DNA of 64,000 nucleotides from Piromyces finnis finn (lineage: Eukaryota > Fungi > Neocallimastigomycota): NCBI GenBank assembly GCA_002104945.1, contig MCFH01000012.1:868001-932000 (forward strand), written 5' to 3'. The notes under the pieces are model-generated. The model ran no database searches. It saw only the letters and a program-made list of their open reading frames with translations, and had not been told where the DNA came from. Shown piece by piece: positions 49,581-64,000 of the stretch (position 1 is the stretch's first letter; each line of letters starts with the position of its first letter). Made by a program: the position numbers and the translations under genes.

Positions 49581-52500
49581 ATGGAAATAGAAAATAAAGA
49601 TACCAAAATAAAAGAACCTATTCCTTCAGTAATACCAATATCAAATGATAGTAAGACAGAAGAACAAATAGATAATAAAAAAAATGTATTAAATTTAGTA
49701 AAGAAAGAAATTCACCAAGAAAAGGAAATAACTTCATATAAAATAAAAGAAGATATTAAAGAAATAAATAGAGAAAATGAAATAAATATAAACAAAAATG
49801 AAAATTCCAATGATAAAAATTCCAAAGATAAACCTTCTTTACAGGAAACTCATAATAACAATGAAGGGATAATACCATTAGTGAAAACAAAAGAATTCCA
49901 TTCACCTTTAACTCTTGAAAAATTAGATTATCCTTGTTATCCGAATAATCAGGAATTTGAAAATCCATTAAATTATATTGAAACCCTAAATTTAAAATTA
50001 AGAGATAAAGGTGCTTGTAAAATAATTCCACCTACCACTTGGACTCCAACCAACCTTTCAAATTTTAAGGTAAAAAGAAAAAAATTTTTTCAAAATTTTT
50101 TAAAAAAATAAAATTTTGTATCATGTGATCATTTCATTTTTTAATGGATGTTAATGAGGGGATCATTCATTCATTCTTATAAAATTTAAATCCACATAAA
50201 TTGCTGTTGTATAGAAAGCTTTATTAAAAACAACAACAACAATAACTACTACTACTACGACAACAACAATTTAATAAAAAAAATGACTAAAAGAATTTTT
50301 TACATATATATATAAAAGTATTGATTAGCTAATACAATAAATTTATATAAATATAATTTTATTTTTTGAATAAAGGAATGCCAATTTGAAGCTAAAAATA
50401 ATTTTTTTAGTCAAGAAAAAATGAACTATTGTCGTAGTTATAATGAAAAATTATTACAATTTCATGAACAAAATGGTTACAAGATACCTCAAATAGATAA
50501 TAAACCAATAGATTTTGAAAGAATAAAAATAGAAATTGCCAAAAGAAATGGTTATCCTACAGTAATGTCAAGAAATATATATATACATATATTTAATATT
50601 GTATTGTATAATGGAAATATCATTTACAAATGTAATATAATTAATTTTTTTTTTCATTTTATTATAGGTATGTAAAGAGAAAAAATGGTCAGAAATTGGA
50701 AGAGCTATGAGTTCAGGTGAAAAACCAAATACAACAGTTTCCTCCATTATTAAACAAGCCTATATACGATGGATTCTTCCCTATGAATATTATTTAAAAC
50801 GTATTTAAAATTTTATACTTTACGAATAATTTATTTAAAAAAATTTAATCATAAAATATATATTAAAAATAAATTAATTATATTAATTTTAATCTATTTT
50901 TATATTGCACTATATGACATAATTTAATGAATAAATGTATCTATCTCTTTGGTATTATTTTTTGTGCTTCATTTTTAAGATCAAGAAGAGGTGATAGATC
51001 AAACAAACTGTTTTATATGTCATGATAAAATTATAGAAAATACCGAATTTTTAAAATGTAATTGTTGTGAACATTTATATCATTTTGATTGTATAGCAAA
51101 AGAAGAAAATGAAACTATAAAAAATAATAATAATAATGGTACTTCAATTAATGATAGTGGATTAAGTTCCCCTCTACTTTCTAATTCTATTGTTAATAGT
51201 AAAACAATTAAAAATTGGATTTGTTCAATGTGCTATGAAATGACCAGTTTACCATCCTTCTATGAAATTTCAAAAAAGGATAAAGAAGAAAGGAATCAAA
51301 TCCAACGTCAATTTAATTTAGATTCTTTTGAAAATTATGCTAATAAATTTAAAAATGATTATTTTTCATTACCATCAGAGACGCCTCAGGATCATTCATC
51401 AAAAATAGTTAAGATGGATATAGATAGTAAAGAAATGAGTAGAGATGATCACCAAAAAGATACCTCGTATAATAATAATATGGAAGGAATTGAACAAGAA
51501 AAAATAAAAAATGAAAATAGAGATGATAATGAAACTTTAGTAAAAAATGAAAATGGGAAAGGGGATTCAAAAAAAGAAACTATCATGACAGAAATAAAAG
51601 ATCGATCAAGTATAGCTTATGTTTCGGAACAACAAATTGAAAAAGAATTTTGGAATTTAATGAAAGAATCATCAGATATAATTATAAAAAGTGGATATCA
51701 TTTAATTAATGAAAGATATGGAAGGTAAAATTTCTATATATAATTTTTTTTTCTTCTTGGTTATGTATTAAGCTGACAATTTATATATAATTATGATTAA
51801 AAACCAAAATAATATATAAATCATATTTTTTTTAGTGGTTTTCCAACATTTGAAAGAGATCCATTAAATCAATATTCATTTTGTGGTTGGAATTTAAATA
51901 ATTTACCATTTTTACCCAATTCATTATTAAATAATAATTCTTTTAATTTCCATAACATCGAAACATTCATTCCTCATGTTAATTTCGGTATGTGCTTTAA
52001 TTATGTGCCTTGGTCATTTTCTAATTATTATACCTATTATATTGATTTTCTTCATCATGGTGAATCACGATTATGGTATATTATACCACCATCAGAAATG
52101 CCCAAAGTTGAATCATTATTGAAATCGAGTGAAGTTGATTTAAAAATAAACGATTCAAAAACAAAAATACCATTCCTTTTTTCTCCACAAAATTTATTAG
52201 ATTCAAATATAAAAGTACAAACTGTCATTCAAAAAAAGGGTGAATTTTTACTTATTCATCCACAAACTTATTATTGTTATATTGATCTAGGTGTAAGTCA
52301 TCAAAAAAAAAAAAAACTTTTATCTATGCATATATATTTTTTATTTATACTATATTTATATTTATGGATTTTCCTAATATACATATATCTCCCTATCCTT
52401 ACTATTTATGTATGATGTAGTATAATATATCAGAAAATGTTAATTTCTTATTACCTAGTTGGCTTTCCTACGGAAGAAAATATTTAGATAGTACATATCA

Positions 52501-55500
52501 AAAAACAAATCCAATGTCATTTTCTTTTGAACATCTTGTATTGACTTCTGCTAAATCAGATACTAATAGTAGATTATCTCATTGGTATGGGTCACTTTTT
52601 TTTTTTTTTTTTTTCCTTTTAAATAATTATTTATTAAAAAAGTAATTAATAATAATCATAAAACTTTTTATTATTATTATTATTAATATATAATTAAAAA
52701 AAAAAAAGGTTAAATAAAGAATTAGATTTAATAGTAGTTAGAGAACAAACTCAACGAGATGATCTATTTAAAAACCATCCCACCATCGAAACAAAAAGAA
52801 TAAATAATAATAATAATAATAAATATGAAATAGATGGTCATTCTTTTGTTCAATGCCAATTTTGTCATCGATTTTGTTATATTTCCTATATAATGCATAA
52901 TAAAAACCAAGCCATTTCTTGTCTGGAGCATTATCATCAGGTAAAAAAAAAAAAAAAAAAAATTAAATTGGAAAAAATTTTTTTTTCTTATAATATATGA
53001 TTTGTTTATCGAGAATTTTTTTTTTTTTTTTACTTATATTTTTGATTATATTCATAATCTTTACTTCTTTTATTAAAATTAAAATGAAATCAAGTTAATG
53101 GAAAATGATAAAAAGGAATCAATCCAACTTTATGAAAGATATTCCATGGATGAACTTAATTCAATACATAAACATATACAGAAATTATCAAGTCGAGTAT
53201 CAGACTGGAGAAAAAAATATAAAAAATACATGAAAGAAAATAAATACCCTTCAATAATATACCTTCAACAACTTTTAAGTATGACAGAAAAATTCCCATA
53301 TACCATTAAAGAAATACATAGTTTGAAAAATTATTTAAAGGTTGTTAATGCTTGGTTAGAGGAAGCAAATCAATTTCTTTTAAGAGATAAAAGAAATGCT
53401 AATAAGGAAAATTTAAAACCAAGATCATTAAATCAAATTAAAATATTAATTGATAAAGCGGATATCTATTCCTTTGAATCACAAGAAATTAAAGCATTAA
53501 AATCTCTTTATGATGCTGTTACCAATTATCAAGCAAGAGTGTCTAGTTTTCTTAAAAATCCAGAGATAGAAAAAGCTTCGTTAAATGATGTAAAGGAATT
53601 AGTGAAAGAAGGTCGAAATTTAGATGTTGATATTTATGAAATGAAAGAATTAGAATTACTTTATGAAAATTTAATTTGGAGAAGGGAAAGTGATCTTGTG
53701 ATTGTTGATGGAAAAATTGAAGCTGATTACAAAACAGTAAATAAATTAATTGACATGGCAAAGGAATGCAATATTCCTCCTGATAATAAAATATTTAAAG
53801 ATCTTTGTCATGAAAAAGAAATTGCAGACGATTGGAAAACAAGAGCGGAAAAGTTAATGGAACAAAGTGAAATTGACTTAAATGATTTGGAAACTCTCTT
53901 AGATGAAATTAACGATATACCCAATATTGAAGGATTAATGGAAGATTTACATAATATGAAAGTGAAAGCAGAAGATTATATAAAATTGGCAAAAATGTAT
54001 ATTGATGATGATGATGATAACGATAATGATAATGAAGAAGAAGAAGAAAAAGAAGAAGAAGGTAAAAAAGAAGAAAAGAAAAAGGAGAGTGAAAAAGAAG
54101 AAAAGGAAGAAGAAGAAGTAGTAAAAAAGGAAGACGAAGAGTTAAATAATGAAAATTTAAAGGCACAAAAAAGTTGCCAAGAAACAATTTTAGAAAATGA
54201 GTCTAACGACAAAGAAAAAAATGAAACTACCCCACATCAAAATGAAAATGATACAGCGACAAAAGAGGTTCAATCCAATACTAAAGATGCCATGATACTA
54301 GAGCATTCTAATAATAAGGAAATCATTACTCCAATGGTGGAAGAAAACGATCATGAATTATACCGTCATTTTGATAATGATCATGAAGAGGATGAAGAAA
54401 CCGTATTTGAAGATAGTATGGATATTAGTAAGGAGGATTATCAAAAAATAAAAAAGAATAAAGAAAAAATGGCATCTAAATATCATGAAACATCTAAATT
54501 TGATTTAAAATACATATTAAATAACAATTCGAATTCATCTGAACAAGATTCAAAAGAAATTGAATTAGACCGTAAAGTTAATCAATTAGTATATCAATCT
54601 ATTCGTGATGCCGTAGATGAGATTAAAAAAGAAAATGAACATCTTTCAAATCTACCTCATCAAACGACAACACCGCCATCCACCATAGAGTGTAAATCAA
54701 AGGAATCATTAAAAAAACCAATCTATGAATTACCTGAAAGAAAAATAAATATTAAACAATGGAAAGAAATCTATGGGTTGGATGAGAATTATAAGTTGAA
54801 AGAGTTGAAAAAATCCAGTAGTAAAAAGAAGAATGATAGAAAAAATAAAAAGAAAAAAACATCTATATTAACCATGGAAAATTTTAAAGAATTTTTAACT
54901 ACTTTAAATTCTCAAAAAGTAAAAATTGATATTCAACAATCATTAAATAATCAATATCATCGTATAGAAAGTCTTTTCGAAAAAGGTAAAACTATTTTTG
55001 AATCGGAGGAAAATCATTCTTTCAATGAAATCTTAAATGAAGTATTTGAAAATATTAAAAATTGTGTACAAACTTTAAATTTAATGGACGAAAGTTCCTC
55101 TTCCGCTTCCTCACCAATTATGGATCATTCTTCCGAGCATAAACTCCCACAAAAAAATGATAAATCTAAAACTGGAATGAACAGTGGTAAAGATTCTAAA
55201 AACAAAAAAAGGAATCACTCAGCAAAAAATGTTTATTGTTTCTGTAGAACAATGAGTGAGGGATTTATGGTAGCTTGTGATATTTGTAATGAATGGTATC
55301 ATGGTCAATGGTAAATTATTTATTTAATTTATTTATTTAATTTATTTATTTAATTTATTTATTTAATTTATTTATTTAATTTATTATATATCTATATATT
55401 TTTATCAATATTTAATTATTTTTTATATTTTATTAATAGTTTGAAATTATCAAAAAAAGATACAAAAAGTAAGAAAAATTTCATATGTCCATTATGTGAT

Positions 55501-58500
55501 TTAAATCAACCAAGATATAATGCTAATCGCAAAAGACCTACACTAGAAGATTTAGAAAATTTAATCAAAGAATTTGATTCAATCAAAAAAATCTTTATAC
55601 CCGAAAAAATTACCTTGGTAAAAATTATTGAATTATTATACGAATGGAGGGAGAATATCAATGAATATCTTTTAAAGCCATTTAATACATTATCAATTGA
55701 AAATATTAAATCTTTAATAAGAAACACAGAAGGAATGATGGTTGATCTTCCTATTGAAACGGAAATACTTTATTCTGTTTTAAAGAATATTTTAAAACTT
55801 CAAGAAGGTAAATCTAAAAGAAAAAAGGAAAAAGAAGAAATGGAAAAAAATGAAAATGAATCTTTAAAAGAAGAAAGTGCAGACGAAGAGAATGGAAAGG
55901 TAGATTCAGCAAAGAAAAATCTAACAAAAAGACCTAGCCTTGAAAAAGGCAATAATCAAATGAAAAAGAAGACCAATAAAATTTCAAATAAAGCTAATAA
56001 TAAGAAAAAGTATTATTGCATTTGTCAACAAGAATATGACAAAAATAATCCAATGATCGCCTGTGATCATTGTCAAGAATGGTATCATTTTTCGTGTATT
56101 GGATTATCGGAAGATAAAGTTGATGAAATTGATCAATTTATATGTCATATTTGTAAAGAAAGACTTAATGAAGAGAGTAAAAAAGAAAATTTAAAGAAAA
56201 GGAAAAATAAGTATTCAAATAAATCCACCGAAAGTATCGTACGTGAATGTCAAAATCCATTAAAGAAAATAAAATTAACGGTTAAAAGAAAAAGTGAAGA
56301 TCAATTAAATTCCGTAGAATCTAAAAGTAGTAGTGCCGCATTATCTTCATTAGAAATAAATAACCGAAAAATTTCAATTAAAAAGATATCTAAAAGTAGT
56401 ACAAAAAAAACATTGGAATCCGATGACGGTAATCTATCAGATAACCCTAAAAGATCAGTGAAAAATAAATTTAGGGAAAAGGAGAATGATTCTGAAAGTA
56501 ATACTTCACAAGATATTAATGCTGAACCAGAACTAGCTACATTTGAATCAAAAGAAAGAACGGATGACAGGTTGAAGGATAATGATGATGACGAACATAA
56601 TTCCATTAAAATTAAACAAGAAGCGTCAAATCGTAATAAAGTTATAAAATCTACTAGTAATGACAAATCAAAAGAAGACAGTGTTCGACCCTACAGAAAA
56701 AAGAGTCTGGAAGATATAATGAATGAAAAATTATTGAAGAAAGAAAAACAAGAAAAGAAAAAATTAGAGATGGAAATGGAACGAAAAAGAAAGGAAGAAG
56801 AACGTGAATTAAAACGAAAACTTCGACAAGAAAAAAAAGAAATGATGGAAAAGATGAAAAAAGAAAAACAGGAAAAAAAGAAATTGGAAAGAGAAAAAAA
56901 ATTAAAAGAAAAAATGGAATTAAAAGCACTTCAGCAAGAAAAACGTAATATTAAATTGGAAGAAAAAAAGAAAAGACAACGTCAAAAACAACTTGAAAGT
57001 GAAATGGACGGTAAACAAGGCAAAAGGAAAAAAATTAAAAATAAAAATGATATTTCTTCCCTATCTGCTGCTGCTAATACTATATCTCTTCTTAAAAATA
57101 GTAGTAATAATGGTAATGGAGGAAATGGTGGAAATACCCCGCTTTATAATAACCAACCTTTAGGTATTACCCAACCATACATTCCACCACAATTAGTTAA
57201 ACCAATTATATCAGCCTTGAGTGTAAATTCCTCAAGACTTCCGTTATTTAATCCAAATCCTAATTTTAATAATAATATTGGTAACAACAATAACAACCCA
57301 AATGATAATAATCATATCAATAACAATGACAATAATAATAATAACAGTAGTAGCAGTAATATGAATATGATGAATCATATCAACTTTAATAACACTATTA
57401 ATAATGATAATAATAATAACTTTAATAATAATTTTAATCATAATATGAATAATTATAATAATGGTTATTATAACAATAACAGCAATTATAATAATAATAA
57501 TAATTTCAACAGCAACAATAATAACAACAACAACAATAGTAATAATTTCAATAATAATAATAACAATAATAATTATAACATCAACAATAATAACAATAAT
57601 TATAATAATAATTTTGATCCGAATAATAGCAACAGTAACAACAACTACAGTAATAACAATAATTTTGATAATTATCATGGTATACCTCATAATAACGGCA
57701 TGCATTCACATAGTGCTCCAGCAAGTTGTAATAATTCTGCTAATACCACACCAACTAATCTGTATCCACCATCTAATAATTTAAATGATAATAACAACAT
57801 CAACCAAAATAATAACAGTAGTAGTAGTAGTAATAATAGATCAAATAATAATAGTAATGTTCCAAAAATAAAGCCTAGACCATCTTTACCGGAAATTCAA
57901 CCAAATCCTCAAACATCTAAACATATACCCGTAATCCCACAATTTCTTCATAAGGATTTGGCTATATGGTATGCAGCTCAATTTATGGCTGTTGCTTCTG
58001 GTAATATGAATAATATACCTTTAAACAATAACAATAATAATAATAACAACAACAACAATAATAATAATAATAATAACAACTATAATAATAGTAATAATTT
58101 TAATAATAATGGTAATAATAATAATAATCAATGTAATAATAATAATAATAATAATAATGGTAATAATAACAATAACAACGATTGTAATAACAATAATGGT
58201 AGTAATAACAGCAACAACAACAACAACAACAATTGTAATAATAATGGTGGCAATAATAATAACAATTGTTTATCAAATGGAAATAATATGGCCAACTTTA
58301 ATAACTTTAAGAATAATATGAACTTTGGAGGTAATACTAACAACAACAATAATGATAGTAATAGTAATAATTTAAACTTTATTTTGAATAATAATAATAC
58401 TAATTTTATGAATAACGGTGAGAATTCAATGAAAAAGGATGGAACCAAAAGTAAAAAAGGTAGAAAACCAAAGAATAATAAACAAAATAAAAATGGTAAT

Positions 58501-59007
58501 GATAAGTCCAATGATTTATTTTCATTTGGTAATCGTTTATTATATAATCAATTACCGCCATTAAATTCAAGAAGATACTCTATGCCTCAAATTGGATATG
58601 GATCCTCTTCATTAAATTTACCACCACTTCTTAATTTACAATTAATGGGTAAACCTCCTATACTTTCCCAGCCACTCTTTAACAATAATAATAACAATAG
58701 CAACAACAACATGAATAATAATAACTTTAATAATAATGGTATCAACAGTTTTAATAATAATGGTTTTAATAACGCCAACAACAATAATAATAATTTTAAT
58801 AACAACAACAATATGATTATGATGAATAATAATTTCAGCAATAAATTTAATAATAACAATAATAACAACAACATTAACAATAATAATAGTAATAGCTTTA
58901 ATAATAATGACAATCATGGATTTAATAGCATAAATAATAATTTCAATAATAATAACAATAATAATAATAACTTTGATGGTAACAACAACAACAACAACAA
59001 CAACAAC

Positions 59008-59056
<49 letters not shown>

Positions 59057-60078
59057 GTTTTAATGTTAATAACAATAATAGCAACAATAACTTTAATCAA
59101 AATATCAACAAAAACTATAATAACAACTATAACAATAATAATGAATTCCATAATAATAATTTTAGTCCTAACTTTAATAACAATAATTACAGTGCAAATA
59201 GTAACTTCTCTAATCAAAACAGCTATAATGACAATAATGGTAGTAATAATAAAGATAACTTTAACAATTCAATGAATAACAATACTATGAATAATAATAT
59301 GATGAATGTCAATGCTATGAATAACAATACCATGAATAATAATATAATGAATAGTATGAATAATAACGCTATGGATAACAGTATGATAAATAACAATACC
59401 ATGAATAGCAATATCATGAATAACAGCGCTATGAATAATAATGTTATGAATATTAATACTCTAAATAACAATAATATGAATAATAATGGAAATAACTCTT
59501 TTTACGGTAACTTGAATAATAATAATTTTAATGATGAATCTAAGCATAGCAATAATTTCAAAGATAAAAATCTAAATAGTTATAGTGATGACGATGTTAA
59601 TACTAATACCAATAATAGTAATGTTAATAAAAATAAGGATACAAACGATAGAAATAGTAACCACAATAGTAACGATAATACCAATGACAATACTAATGAT
59701 AATAAAAACAAGAATAATGATAATGATATAAATAATGGTGAAGATGATAATAATAATGAAAAAAATAGTAATGTTAGTAATGATAATGATAATAGCAGTG
59801 ATGTTAATAATGATATTCATAATACAAGCCACGAAAACAGTACATATACCAATGATAATATTGATAATTCTACTAGCCAATATGAAAATAACAATACTAA
59901 AAATAGTATACCTTCTAAGGACAATGTCACGACAAATGACAATGCAGAAAATAATAGCAATATTGATGCTAAGGATAGCAAAAATGAAACTGTCGATGAT
60001 GATGAAGCAGCAACTGTTCAAGATTTGAATAAGTCAAATCCAAATGCAATATCGCCAAATTCATCCCCAAATATTTAA
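49581..60078 (+). CDS. KDM5/JARID1-family chromatin protein (JmjN, ARID, PHD, degenerate JmjC, zf-C5HC2-like, PLU-1-like, 2 more PHDs, ~900-aa Asn-rich tail); multi-exon
   Basis: JmjN YPNNQEFENPLNYI..GACKIIPP. ARID ..KWSEIGRAM..IKQAYIRWILPYE. JmjC GFP..GWNLNNLP..GMCF..HGESRLWY..GEFLLIHP..ENVNF. PHDs CFCR..MVACDICNEWYHGQC and YCICQQEYD..MIACDHCQEWYHFSC. Confidence 0.9.
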
Positions 60079-60093
60079 TTCTATGAATAATAG

Positions 60094-60133
<40 letters not shown>

Positions 60134-60370
60134 AAAAGAAAATATGAAAAACAAATAATCATTCAAAATACACTATTTTATTGCTTAGTATCTATACGTG
60201 TAGATATAGATATAGATATAGATAGATATAGATTTGTTTATATAAAAAAAAAAAATTTGATTTTTAATTATTGTTATTACAATAATTGATTTTAGAAATG
60301 TTTGTTAAAGGGAGTTTATTCTTTTTATCTTTTTATTTTATTTATTTAATCCATACAAATTGTTACTATT

Positions 60371-60523
60371 TATTTATTTTATTTTATTTTATTTTATTTT
60401 ATTTTTTTATTTTTATTTTTATTTTTATTTTTATTTTTATTTTTATTTTTATTTTTATTTTTATTTTTATTTTTATTTTTATTTTTATTTTTATTTTTAT
60501 TTTTATTTTTATTTTTATTTTTA

Positions 60524-60583
<60 letters not shown>

Positions 60584-60678
60584 TTTATTTTTATTTTTAT
60601 TTTTATTTTTATTTTTATTTTTATTTTTATTTTTATTTTTATTTTTATTTTTATTTTTATTTTTATTTTTATTTATAT
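60371..60678. repeat. (TTTTTA)n microsatellite, about 50 units
   Basis: Long hexamer array downstream of the KDM5-like gene; it produces the FY/IF shadow ORFs. Confidence 0.95.
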
Positions 60679-61113
60679 TTATATTTCAATGTTTATTTTA
60701 CATTTTCTTTTTTTTTAAAAAAAAAAGGAAAAAGAAAAAAAAATTAATGTAATAAAAACTATTAAACATACCTTAACTACTCTTATAATAATTCTTAGAA
60801 AACTTATATAATAATCAAATAAATATATTATTTTATAAAAAAAAAAAAAAAAAAAAAAAAAAGATTATTAAAAAGACCATAAATAATTCATTGATATAAT
60901 CACTTTTGTAATTTTTTCTGAAATAATTTAAAAATCATTATTACTACTATTTATTATAATTAAAAATATTATTAATATTACTGGTATAGAATAATAATAG
61001 TAGTAGTAGTAGTGGTAGAAACTTTAATATTTAAATTTCTTTTCTTTTTTTTTTTTTTCTCAATTTCTCTCCACATTACTATTAAAATAAATTTTTCTTT
61101 TTTTTTTATTTAT

Positions 61114-61902
61114 TTATTTCTTAACTCTAAGTTCAGCAATTGCTGCAAAATGTTTAATATCAAATTCGCCTTCAGGAGCAATAGTTTCTAATAGTTTCCA
61201 GTGTTCCTTATTCCACATTTCAAGTTCATTGTCATTAAGAGAAGCACCAACACCACGACATGCTCTCATTCTACCATGCCAAGTTTCTCTTGTAAATTTT
61301 ACAGGTAAAATATATTCTTCATGAAAAATAACATCAAAATATTCTTTTAATTCTTCTGATATAGGAATTGGTTTTAACGTTTCACCAGCTCCAGACCAAT
61401 TTGGACTATATTTTAATATCACTTCTTCACTTGCACCTGCGATCTTATCTTCAAAAGGTAACCATTCCATACATAATAGAATAAATCTTCCACCTTTTTT
61501 TAACATTTTTGAAAATTTTGGCGCTATGGTTTTATAATCAAAATACCAAAAACATTGACAAGCCGTAATAATATCAAATGAGTTTTCTGGAAAATCTAAT
61601 TGTTCTGCTGAACTTGTTATATAGGTAATATCTTTATTTTTAGATAAAAGCTTTGCTTGTTCAATTTGATTCTCTGCAATATCACTTCCTATCCATTTAG
61701 CGCCATAATGATACATATTTCTTGGTAAAACCCCTGTACCAGTACCAATATCTAATATCTTTTGACCCTTAATACCAACATTTCTTTTTAAAATTCTATC
61801 ATAAAATTCCTTTGGATAAATATCTCTATATTTTGCATAATCTTCAGAAGTTTTACCCCAATCGAAAGCTTTTCCTTTGTCAATCCTGTCATCAACTATC
61901 AT
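61114..61902 (-). CDS. Class I SAM-dependent methyltransferase, intronless, bacterial-like
   Basis: 262-aa single ORF. Motif I ILDIGTGTG, post-I IGSDIAENQI, motif II FPENSFDIITACQCFWYF, LKKGGRF. Confidence 0.93.
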   Translation of the reverse strand: MIVDDRIDKGKAFDWGKTSEDYAKYRDIYPKEFYDRILKRNVGIKGQKILDIGTGTGVLPRNMYHYGAKWIGSDIAENQIEQAKLLSKNKDITYITSSAEQLDFPENSFDIITACQCFWYFDYKTIAPKFSKMLKKGGRFILLCMEWLPFEDKIAGASEEVILKYSPNWSGAGETLKPIPISEELKEYFDVIFHEEYILPVKFTRETWHGRMRACRGVGASLNDNELEMWNKEHWKLLETIAPEGEFDIKHFAAIAELRVKK

Positions 61903-62398
61903 TTTTTTTTTAAAACTAATTTTAATTATTACTCTCTCTTGAATAAATAATTTTAAAATATATATATTACTTTAATATTGGTTTTTACTATTTATTTATT
62001 TATTTAATATTAATGGTAATTATAAATATCTAAAAGAAAAAGAAAGGTCTTTTTATGTACCATTTATATTAAAAGTTATTGAAAAGGTGAAAGGATATTA
62101 TTTTATAGTAAAGATGGTAAAAATATACATACTATAATGATTGGTTAAAATGTACCATCAAAATTTATATTAATCTTTAATAAATTTATTTACCACAAAA
62201 AAATTAAGAAAGTATTGCTTGTGAAATTAAAATATATTATTATTATTATTATTTAGAGTTTTCAGAAAATTTAAATGTTTTAAAATCGGCATAGAAAACT
62301 TTATTTACTTTACGCCATTTAATTTTATAAAAATAAAATAATATAATATAATATCGAATATAGAATATAGAAAGGCAATAATAATATAAATATATAAA

Positions 62399-63365
62399 AT
62401 GAATTTTCAATCTGTACCTGTAAATTCTTTATCAGACATTAATAAATCTTCAAGGTAAAATATATACATATTTTATACATATTATATATACATATATATA
62501 TATGCATTCAAATCTTTTTTATAAAAAAATAAAAATTATAATTAAAAATTAATAATATCTAATCATGACGAAATTTTTTATTCATTTTTATATATTATAT
62601 TGCATATAACTGAAAAATAGGAAATCTAATTATGAAAAATTTTGTCAAAAATGTTTAGTTAAAGGTCATTATACTTATGAATGTAATAAAACACCAAAAT
62701 ATGTAGCTCGTCCTTCTAGAACTAAAAGACTTGAAAATCCAAAATTAAATAAATTTAAAAGATTAAGATCACCTTCAACTAGTATTGCTAAAGATATATT
62801 AAAAAGTAGAGAAAAGAAACGTAGATTAAGGTAAATGGAATGGATTAATTTTAATATTTTTTTTTAGAAAATTGTAAAAAAAAAAAAAAGAAAAAAAAAA
62901 AATCAATTTAGAAATTCAATTTAAATATTAATTTTTTTAAATGAAAATTATTTATTTTTTATCACATATATAAATATATATAAATTAAGCAGTAAACGTC
63001 GTCGTCATAGACATCGTTATTCAGATTCAGAATCAGAATCTAGTTCTTCAAGTAGTTCAAGTTCAGGTTCTAGCTCAGAATCTGATTCTGATTCTGATTC
63101 TGATAGTTCTAGCTCAGGATATGATACCCAATATGATTCAGATTCAAGTACTTCTTCATCCTCTTCAACCTCATCATCTTCATCTTCTTCTTCTTCTTCA
63201 TCCTCTTCATCATATACATCATCATCATCCTATTCATCATACACCTCCTCCTCCTCCTCTAGTTCATATTCAAGTAAAAGTTCAAGAAGTAGCAGTAGTA
63301 GTCACTCTTCTAACTCTTCTAGTTCTTCTAAATCATCTTCCTCTTCAAAATCTTCGAAATACTAA
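62399..63365 (+). CDS. ZCCHC10-like zinc-knuckle protein with Ser-rich tail; exons 62399-62454, 62621-62830, 62990-63365
   Basis: CQKCLVKGHYTYEC..YVARPSRTKRL knuckle followed by a basic stretch and long poly-Ser/Asp. Introns join in frame. Confidence 0.82.
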
Positions 63366-63928
63366 AAACACATACATGTAATAAATATATTATTTGCAAT
63401 TTATTAGTTTCACTTGCAGAGAGTATTTATCATAAATAGTCAAGTCATAAGCATATATCATATATCATATTAACACAATAATATATTATATATAAAAAGT
63501 TTTATTTTTTTAAAATTAATAAAAATAGATTTTTCAATAATTATATACCTAAACAGTTTAATATGAAATTTTGTATAAAAAGAAAAAGCATTCTTAATAA
63601 AAACTAATAAACATTTTTTTTTAAATAAATAAAAAATAATTTAAAAATTGTTTATAAAAAAAAAAAAAAAAAGAGATGTAATATACATATAATATAAATA
63701 ATACCATTTATCTTTTTATTTTATTATCAATTAAATAAAAGAGAGAGAGAGAATATTAAATAACTCGAAGTATTGTTTTTATTTTAGCTGTTTTATTATT
63801 ATAATTTATCTAAAAAGAAAAAAAAAAAAAGATATTTACAATATGTTGATAAAAAAAAATAAATAGATAAATATAATCAGATTAAAAATTGTTTATTCAA
63901 GAACTATTAAAATTTTTAAAATGATGAT

Positions 63929-63969
<41 letters not shown>

Positions 63970-64000
63970 AAGATAGATAGAGAATAAAATTATTATATCT

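Noticed and set aside
60286-60752. FI/FY-repeat ORFs
   Set aside because: Translations of the (TTTTTA)n microsatellite.

Overview
A very AT-rich, intron-containing eukaryotic window, most consistent with an anaerobic gut fungus (Neocallimastigomycota; inferred from composition, short AT-rich GT-AG introns, poly-Asn proteins, an ankyrin protein, a GH16 and a bacterial-looking intronless gene). Host genes in order: ankyrin-repeat protein (-), small hypothetical ORF (+), Mx/dynamin-like GTPase (+), CBM52-GH16 glucanase (+), EMC7 (-), TLC-like membrane protein (-), stand-alone GT4 N-terminal-domain protein (-), TMA16 (+), PheRS beta subunit (-), TM-SH3 protein (-), BAR-SH3 protein (+), a very large KDM5-like protein with a catalytically dead JmjC (+), a bacterial-type SAM methyltransferase (-) and a ZCCHC10-like zinc-knuckle protein (+). 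The stand-out is 32972-44214: two near-identical ~4.65 kb non-autonomous copia-type LTR elements inserted independently (different 5-bp TSDs) tail-to-tail about 1.7 kb apart. They have 217-bp TG...TA LTRs, a primer-binding site complementary to the anticodon arm of tRNA-Lys(CUU) (half-tRNA priming), two identical PPTs, no gag/pol ORF, and an intronless, already-dead copy of the seryl-tRNA synthetase catalytic domain as cargo. All alignments and family calls were made by eye and from memory of the families; none were computed.
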